64,000 nucleotides of DNA from an uncultured Gammaproteobacteria bacterium. GTDB lineage: Bacteria; Patescibacteriota; Microgenomatia; Levybacterales; UBA12049. This document shows positions 58,552-64,000 of the stretch, piece by piece. The notes under the pieces are model-generated. The model did no database searches and was not told the origin of the DNA. It saw only the letters and a program-made list of their open reading frames with translations. A program made the translations under genes and the position numbers. Location of the stretch: the NCBI GenBank assembly GCA_964523705.1, contig CAZFYA010000001.1, positions 185,420 through 249,419 of the forward strand. The letters are read 5' to 3'. How positions within the stretch are numbered: the stretch's first letter is position 1; every line of letters begins with the position of its first letter.

Positions 58552-58963
58552 TATTACCGCCCCCAAGCTCTCTATTGAAAAAATGATAGGAGATGGCATA
58601 AACAACAATTAAAAATAAAGCGAAATAGGCCAATATCATTCCCAAGGCTTCGGTAAACAACCATTCGCCGTTTCTAAATACAAAAAATCCGCTCTTAGAA
58701 GGAAGAAGTAGAAAAAAAGCCGTAATTCCGATGGTCGGAGCAAAAATTGCATATGCCATCCTGGCTGCTTTTTCCTGAATTGTTGATTCTCGCTCATCTG
58801 TTCTTATCTTAGCTTTTGAACGAACAAATATCATAAAAATCATTCCTGTTAAAACAGCAACTGTTGCTAAGACAAAACTGCCAATTTCAACTGAAACACC
58901 AACAATTGCAGCAATAAAAAGAGCTATAACTATTCTTATCTTCCTATAACTTTTCCTGTTCAT
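58541..58963 (-). CDS. Four-TM membrane protein paired with the XRE regulator (DUF2178-like arrangement)
   Basis: Hydrophobic helices; an 11-nt overlap with the regulator start. Confidence 0.5.
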   Translation of the reverse strand: MNRKSYRKIRIVIALFIAAIVGVSVEIGSFVLATVAVLTGMIFMIFVRSKAKIRTDERESTIQEKAARMAYAIFAPTIGITAFFLLLPSKSGFFVFRNGEWLFTEALGMILAYFALFLIVVYAISYHFFNRELGGGNNEE

Positions 58964-59077
58964 AAAAAGACTGTATCATATACTTTACAAAATGTCAAGT
59001 TTTATATACTTTTTGTGGGTAAGGTTTTGTCTCATAAACTTATTTTAGATATGCTAAAATAAACTAAAGGAGGTATT

Positions 59078-59164
59078 ATGGCAAAATCCAAAAGAAAAAG
59101 ACTTGGTAAAGGAAACGTTGCAAAAAGAAAAAAGGGCTTAAGACGCGGAACCCAACATAATTAA
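59078..59164 (+). CDS. Candidate 27-aa highly basic small protein MAKSKRKRLGKGNVAKRKKGLRRGTQHN
   Basis: A perfect Shine-Dalgarno AAAGGAGGT lies 5 nt upstream of the ATG. It is not in the ORF track because of length. Confidence 0.3.
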   Translation: MAKSKRKRLGKGNVAKRKKGLRRGTQHN

Positions 59165-59211
59165 TTTTCTTTTTAAACTTATCGACATAAAGCTTATTTA
59201 TATGCTATAAC

Positions 59212-60168
59212 TTGCATGATATGGCTTTAGAAACTAGTTTTTATTCAAGAAGAAAAGAAAAAAGAAACAGAAAAACAAAATTATTTCTTTTTATTGTTTT
59301 TCTGTTAATTATTATTTATTTTTTACTTTCCAATTTTGTTTTTAAATCTTTAAAAAATAACGATATTATTCTTAGTCCCCTTTCAAACAGCATTGACATG
59401 ATAAAAGAAAGTATGAAAAGCCCACTTTATGAAATATCGGAAAAAGAATTATTTATGGATAATACTACTTATGGAATTTATATTAAAAACTTAAAAACAG
59501 GAGAAGCTTTCTCTTATAATGGAAATCAAAAATTTCCAACAGCAAGTCTATATAAACTCTGGGCAATGGTAGCTGCTTTTGAAAAAATTGAAGAAGGAAA
59601 ACTAAAAGAAAATGAAGTTTTAGAAGAAGAAATTGCTGTTCTTAATGAAAAATTTGAAATCGCATCAGAAGAGGCTGAACTAACAGAAGGGGTGGCTAAA
59701 AAAACAGTAAAAGAAGCAATTGAGAAAATGATTACTATTTCAGATAATTACTCCGCCTATCTTCTTATTTCAAGAATCGGCATTTCCAGTTTAAACAATT
59801 TCCTAAAAGAATATGGCTTAAGTGATTCAAAAACAGGTTCTCCTCCTCAAACAACCGCTAAAGATACTGCACTTTTTTTTGAAAAATTATATAACAAGGA
59901 ATTTATTAATGAAAAATATTCTGATGAAATGCTTGCTTTGTTAAAATTACAAACTTTAAATGATAGAATTCCTAAATTCCTGCCGGAAAACACTCAAGTA
60001 GCACATAAAACAGGAGAACTGGAAGGAGTAAAACACGACGTCGGAATTGTCTTTGGGAAAAACCAAGATTACATAATTGTTATTTTATCTGAAGGACAAA
60101 ACCCCGCTATTACAGCTGAGAAAATCGCTAGCTTCTCAAAAGCAGTTTTTGATTATTTTAATAAATAA
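59212..60168 (+). CDS. Membrane-anchored class A beta-lactamase-family serine hydrolase
   Basis: SLYK (SxxK), ISDNYSAYLL (SDN), HKTGEL (KTG); N-terminal TM. Confidence 0.7.
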   Translation: MHDMALETSFYSRRKEKRNRKTKLFLFIVFLLIIIYFLLSNFVFKSLKNNDIILSPLSNSIDMIKESMKSPLYEISEKELFMDNTTYGIYIKNLKTGEAFSYNGNQKFPTASLYKLWAMVAAFEKIEEGKLKENEVLEEEIAVLNEKFEIASEEAELTEGVAKKTVKEAIEKMITISDNYSAYLLISRIGISSLNNFLKEYGLSDSKTGSPPQTTAKDTALFFEKLYNKEFINEKYSDEMLALLKLQTLNDRIPKFLPENTQVAHKTGELEGVKHDVGIVFGKNQDYIIVILSEGQNPAITAEKIASFSKAVFDYFNK

Positions 60169-60169
60169 G

Positions 60170-60568
60170 CTATTTTTGAGGAAGAGCTTCGCAGGCTATG
60201 CCATCTTTATCGCCATCAAGTCTATATAAATCGTTTTCTACTCCACCAACTTTTGTAAAAAAGTTTTGTGCCTCTGTCTGGGTTTTAAAATCATCACAAT
60301 TATAATCTCCTGCTTTTTTACCCTCTGTAGAATTAGTTACAATATTTCCCAATTTATCGTAAAGCACATTACCCTTTTCATCTCTTAAAACTTTAGATTC
60401 CTGAAGCGAAGAACCGCTGAACAATTTACCAAGATCAAAATCATTATTTGATGCTTCAAGGCCGAACGCTCCAAGTAAAATAACAATTATTCCGATTAAA
60501 ACGGGTTTTAAAACCTTTTTTGTACCGCTACTTGCTTCTGCTAATGGTTTAAGTTTTGGAATTGCCAT
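60170..60568 (-). CDS. Secreted Excalibur calcium-binding domain protein
   Basis: DYNCDDF...[15 protein letters not shown] (DxDxDGxxCE). Confidence 0.7.
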   Translation of the reverse strand: MAIPKLKPLAEASSGTKKVLKPVLIGIIVILLGAFGLEASNNDFDLGKLFSGSSLQESKVLRDEKGNVLYDKLGNIVTNSTEGKKAGDYNCDDFKTQTEAQNFFTKVGGVENDLYRLDGDKDGIACEALPQK

Positions 60569-60707
60569 AATTTACCAAATAGAATAAAGTAAATAAACTG
60601 CTATTAAAATAAGGACGATAATAATAACCAAACGAAATATTTTATTTCCTCTTAATTTCATTATATATTTAGTATAGCATTTAGTTATTTAAAGACAAGT
60701 AATTTAA

Positions 60708-61163
60708 TTAGATTGTTTTTACCCATAAAGAAATCAAATAAATAGATACTATTATTGAAATTATCAATATACACTGCCATAAAACCTGATACATAAACCA
60801 AATAGAATCTTTTTTAATATATCTATACCCTACTAGTTTTTCCGCAGGATTTCTAATAATTAGTGAAAACTGCTGATTAAACCAGTAAGTTGCTTCTCCA
60901 TAACTTCTTACAGTCCAAAAAACAGCTATTATTAATAAAAATAATAAAAAATCATTAAGTAATAAGGAAATAATTGACGAGATTGTCCAAAATGCTCCGA
61001 TAATTATTCCGTCTCCCCAAACAAAAATTCCCAAAGGGTATAAAAAATGAGTATCGCCGTATGAATTTTTATTATTTTTAATTGACTCAAAAAGACTTCT
61101 TAAAAAAACAATAAAAGAAACAACAGCGTATATTATAATTATAATTAGTTGAATAAAAGTCAT
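60708..61163 (-). CDS. Hypothetical four-TM membrane protein
   Basis: Hydrophobic helices only. Confidence 0.4.
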   Translation of the reverse strand: MTFIQLIIIIIYAVVSFIVFLRSLFESIKNNKNSYGDTHFLYPLGIFVWGDGIIIGAFWTISSIISLLLNDFLLFLLIIAVFWTVRSYGEATYWFNQQFSLIIRNPAEKLVGYRYIKKDSIWFMYQVLWQCILIISIIVSIYLISLWVKTI

Positions 61164-61173
61164 AATTTAATTT

Positions 61174-61473
61174 TTATGCTTTCTTTTTATCCAGTTTATC
61201 AAGTTTTAACCACTTAACTCCAAAATATACCACTAGAGCAACAATTAGAAAATCAATTAATACGCTTATAAAATCTCCCCACATAAATTTAGTCCCGGAA
61301 ACTTCTAGATAAGCTTTTTTAAGATTTAATCCTCCGATTAATATTCCAATAAAAGGATTAATAATATCAGTAACTAAAGCTGCTACTGTTTTTGAAACAG
61401 CACCTCCTAAAATAAAACCGACTGCTAAACCGACTACCCCTTGTTCTCTTACAAAATTAATAAAACCTTTCAT
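61174..61473 (-). CDS. mscL: Large-conductance mechanosensitive channel MscL (short, 99 aa)
   Basis: FINFVREQGVVGLAVGFILGGAVSKTVAALVTDIINPFIGILIGG. Confidence 0.8.
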   Translation of the reverse strand: MKGFINFVREQGVVGLAVGFILGGAVSKTVAALVTDIINPFIGILIGGLNLKKAYLEVSGTKFMWGDFISVLIDFLIVALVVYFGVKWLKLDKLDKKKA

Positions 61474-61490
61474 GCTATCACCTCCTTTTT

Positions 61491-62054
61491 TTATTTAATA
61501 AAAGTGATTGTATTTTCTCTTCGTGATTTTCGCTCTCTTAAGCCAGTTTTATCTTCATATCCAATTGCTAAAGCATAAAGAGGCGTATAATTTTTGGGAA
61601 TTTTTAATTCATCTAAAAGATAATGACCTGATGGATCATCTAAAAAAACCTTGAAAGAGGCAAGATAACAACTGCCAAGTCCTAAAGAATATGCGGCAAT
61701 TGCCATGTTTTCAACCGCATTTGCACAATCTGCTAAAGCGTATTTTGCGTTATTTTCTCCTGAAACTATAATTGCCATTGGCGCTCCCCTGAAGTTATCA
61801 AAATCTTTTTCGCTAGCAATTTTTTTCTCTTTTTCACTTTCTGATTTAAGTAGTATTCTTTTATTTTCAGCTGAAATCTTATCCAATACTTTTCTATTTG
61901 TAACAACTGTAAAATGCCAAGGCTGACAATTCATGCCTGATGGAGCATATTGACCACACTTTAAAATTAAATCAATTTTTTTCCTCTCAATTGGTGTTTT
62001 TTTATAACACCTAACACTTCTTCTTTTTAAAATGCTTTTTATTGTTTCGTTCAT
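61491..62054 (-). CDS. Nitroreductase-family oxidoreductase
   Basis: RRSVRCYKKTPIERKKIDLILKCGQYAPSGMNCQPWHFTVV. Confidence 0.8.
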   Translation of the reverse strand: MNETIKSILKRRSVRCYKKTPIERKKIDLILKCGQYAPSGMNCQPWHFTVVTNRKVLDKISAENKRILLKSESEKEKKIASEKDFDNFRGAPMAIIVSGENNAKYALADCANAVENMAIAAYSLGLGSCYLASFKVFLDDPSGHYLLDELKIPKNYTPLYALAIGYEDKTGLRERKSRRENTITFIK

Positions 62055-62081
62055 ACAGTAATTAAATTATAAATAAAATAT

Positions 62082-63032
62082 TTAAACAAATCCTCTCCAA
62101 AGTTCATATACTACGAAAAGAAAGTAAAGAAATAAAAGAGTATAACCTTCTTTTACAGAAATATCTTTTTTTGATTGAGAAAAATAAAAGAATAATCCAA
62201 GACCTAAAACAACAAAGATAAACATCGGAAGAAAATTATTTATAGTTAAAACTTCTCCTCCATTTGTTAGAGTTAGTAAACCAAACAGCAACACATTGGC
62301 TGCTCCTGAACCTAAATAATCACCAAAAGCAACGTCTTTTTTATTTGACAAAACTGCTCTTATCGCAATTGACATTTCAGGTAAATTTGTTCCAAGTCCT
62401 AAAGCAAGAAGACTGATATAAAAAGGTGGCATATTTAAAAGATTTGAGAAGACAAGTGTTTGTTCAAAAATAAAATTGCTGGATATAAAAACAACCACAA
62501 GCCCAAAGATTACTTTTAGTAAATCTATAAAAGAATATGCCTTAAGCTGCATCAGCTCGACATTTTCCTTGTCAAATATACCGTGTTTTTTTTGAATAAC
62601 GTAGAACAACACGAGATAAAAAAATATTAAAAGTAATCCTTCTATATTTGTAATCCTATGATCAATTACCAATAAACTTGGAAGAGTTATAATACTTAAG
62701 GCAAGTAAAAGTGTTTTTTTATCTAAATCGTGGTTTATTTTTATTCCTTTTCCCAAAATTGCTAAGATAGGAATAATAAAAAGAAAAATAACCACAATTC
62801 CTCCTAATAAATTTCCTACAAAAATAGACGGTTTGTTTTCAGATATTGCTCTTATACCAACTGCCATTTCAGGAATGGTAGTTAAAATTCCAAGCACAAA
62901 AAAAGACATTGCAAAAGAGGATAACTTTAGTCTTCTTGCTGCTTTATCAATTGCTTTAACAATTAATCCGGCTCCCCACCAAATTGCAATAAAAGAGGCA
63001 ATGTATAGTAATATGTTTGCAATAATTCCCAT
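62082..63032 (-). CDS. Ca2+/cation antiporter (CaCA family, YrbG-like)
   Basis: Two alpha-repeat regions (GNLLGGIVVIF; GDYLGSGAANVLLFG); 10 TM helices. Confidence 0.7.
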   Translation of the reverse strand: MGIIANILLYIASFIAIWWGAGLIVKAIDKAARRLKLSSFAMSFFVLGILTTIPEMAVGIRAISENKPSIFVGNLLGGIVVIFLFIIPILAILGKGIKINHDLDKKTLLLALSIITLPSLLVIDHRITNIEGLLLIFFYLVLFYVIQKKHGIFDKENVELMQLKAYSFIDLLKVIFGLVVVFISSNFIFEQTLVFSNLLNMPPFYISLLALGLGTNLPEMSIAIRAVLSNKKDVAFGDYLGSGAANVLLFGLLTLTNGGEVLTINNFLPMFIFVVLGLGLFFYFSQSKKDISVKEGYTLLFLYFLFVVYELWRGFV

Positions 63033-63088
63033 TTTTTCCCTTTAAAAGATACTTTTATAATATCGGCTTTCAGCCTGATAAGCAATTT

Positions 63089-64000
63089 TTAGCCCAAAGC
63101 AAAGAATCTATCGTAAACAACGTAGGCACTAAACCCTCCGTAGAAAAGAAAGGCCAAAAGCATAATCCCAATTCTTAAAAAAGAAGGCCTGATTTTTTTA
63201 TCAAGAGAGGATAAATTAAGATAAAGAGTAAGACCGGTATGCACAAACATTGCAACTGCATTTAATACCGCTGCTATGATTACTAATTGTAAAGGTTCTG
63301 TAAAACCCAAAAGCATTATTAAAATACCAGCCAGTATTTGAAGCCATAAGACAAGATAATAAAACAAGCGGATGTTTTTTTCTTTTAGCTTCCCAAAAGA
63401 ACTTAAAATAACGTTTTCAGATAAAATTCTACTGGTTGCATCAAAAACACCAAGTTGTGTTCCAAATAAGGTAAGACTGACTATTATTAAAAAAAGCGTA
63501 CCAACAAATGGAAAAATCATTTGTCCAATGTGTTTTGCTTCTTTAATAACAAAAATTACCCCCTGTTCATTTCCGCTCTGACCAAAAATCGAAGAATAAG
63601 AAAGAAGAGATAAAAGAAGTATTGTAATGGAGCCTGTTAACCAAAAAACAATAAAATGCTCAAGGTTAATGTTTTTCCACCATTTTTTAAAAATAAAAAC
63701 ATTTTCATCGGTTGGCAAAAACTTACTTCCTGTAATTGAAACATTCTCTGCTTTTCCTGTTAAAAGACTTGTAATTTTTCCGGCATATTTTCCCATCCCA
63801 TAACCTTTTTCTTTAATATAAAAAGATTGAGCTAAATTAAGGTTTCCTCCTGCACCTGCATATGCTAAAGCGGCTAAGAATGAAGCAATAGCAATCCCCT
63901 CGGGAAGAAACATAAATCCTTCTCCAATTCCAACAGTTCCTTTAAAAAGAGCTGTCCAGTCATTCTGCTTTGCTAATAAAATACTTAGAAGAAAAATAAC
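63089..64000 (-). CDS. Nramp-family (NRMT-like) cation transporter, N-terminus beyond window edge
   Basis: The reading frame stays open through position 64000 (...VIFLLSILLAKQNDWTALFKGTVGIGEGFMFLPEG...). The TM6-like segment ALAYAGAGGNLNLAQS resembles Nramp GAxxMPHNLYLHS but lacks Met-Pro-His. Confidence 0.4.
   Translation of the reverse strand, partial: VIFLLSILLAKQNDWTALFKGTVGIGEGFMFLPEGIAIASFLAALAYAGAGGNLNLAQSFYIKEKGYGMGKYAGKITSLLTGKAENVSITGSKFLPTDENVFIFKKWWKNINLEHFIVFWLTGSITILLLSLLSYSSIFGQSGNEQGVIFVIKEAKHIGQMIFPFVGTLFLIIVSLTLFGTQLGVFDATSRILSENVILSSFGKLKEKNIRLFYYLVLWLQILAGILIMLLGFTEPLQLVIIAAVLNAVAMFVHTGLTLYLNLSSLDKKIRPSFLRIGIMLLAFLFYGGFSAYVVYDRFFALG

Overview
This is a low-GC (about one-third G+C) bacterial chromosome segment with dense, mostly short-spacer gene packing, frequent TTG starts and weak Shine-Dalgarno use. 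Its envelope is Gram-positive-like: MurJ, an LCP-family protein, FemAB, MscL and PilN/PilO are present and no outer-membrane genes are seen. This is consistent with, but does not prove, a reduced-genome CPR/Patescibacteria-type organism. The backbone is housekeeping. It holds an HrcA-controlled heat-shock operon on the minus strand (hrcA-grpE-dnaK-dnaJ-two membrane proteins-Clp/Hsp100 ATPase). It also holds groES-groEL with its own CIRCE-like operator, lepA, metG, tatD, tpiA, a UvrD/PcrA helicase and rpsT. Two large blocks are cell-envelope glycan genes. They contain a QxxRW-type GT2 synthase, five very large GT-C-fold-like polytopic membrane proteins, a WecA/MraY-family phosphotransferase, a UbiA-family polyprenyl-phosphate phosphoribosyltransferase homolog, an FAD oxidoreductase and a GT4 enzyme. 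Several secreted proteins carry Thr/Pro-rich linkers. The most interesting region is a small accessory islet at about 15.2-21.0 kb. It carries a HIT-like protein, a GIY-YIG nuclease, a degraded IS-transposase C-terminus and a compact thiazole/oxazole-modified (TOMM/LAP) RiPP cluster. That cluster is a 61-aa Cys/Ser/Thr/Pro-rich precursor peptide with a consensus sigma70 promoter, strong RBS and downstream hairpin, then a YcaO cyclodehydratase, a SagB-type dehydrogenase and an M16 peptidase joined by ATGA overlaps. Other notable points are an in-frame TAG splitting dnaK from its C-terminal 71 codons, and two membrane proteins (VirB2/VirB6-like?) inserted into the heat-shock operon. There is also a free-standing membrane-anchored subtilisin-propeptide (I9) paralog next to a subtilase, and a RelE/Phd toxin-antitoxin pair. 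No rRNA, tRNA or CRISPR array was found.
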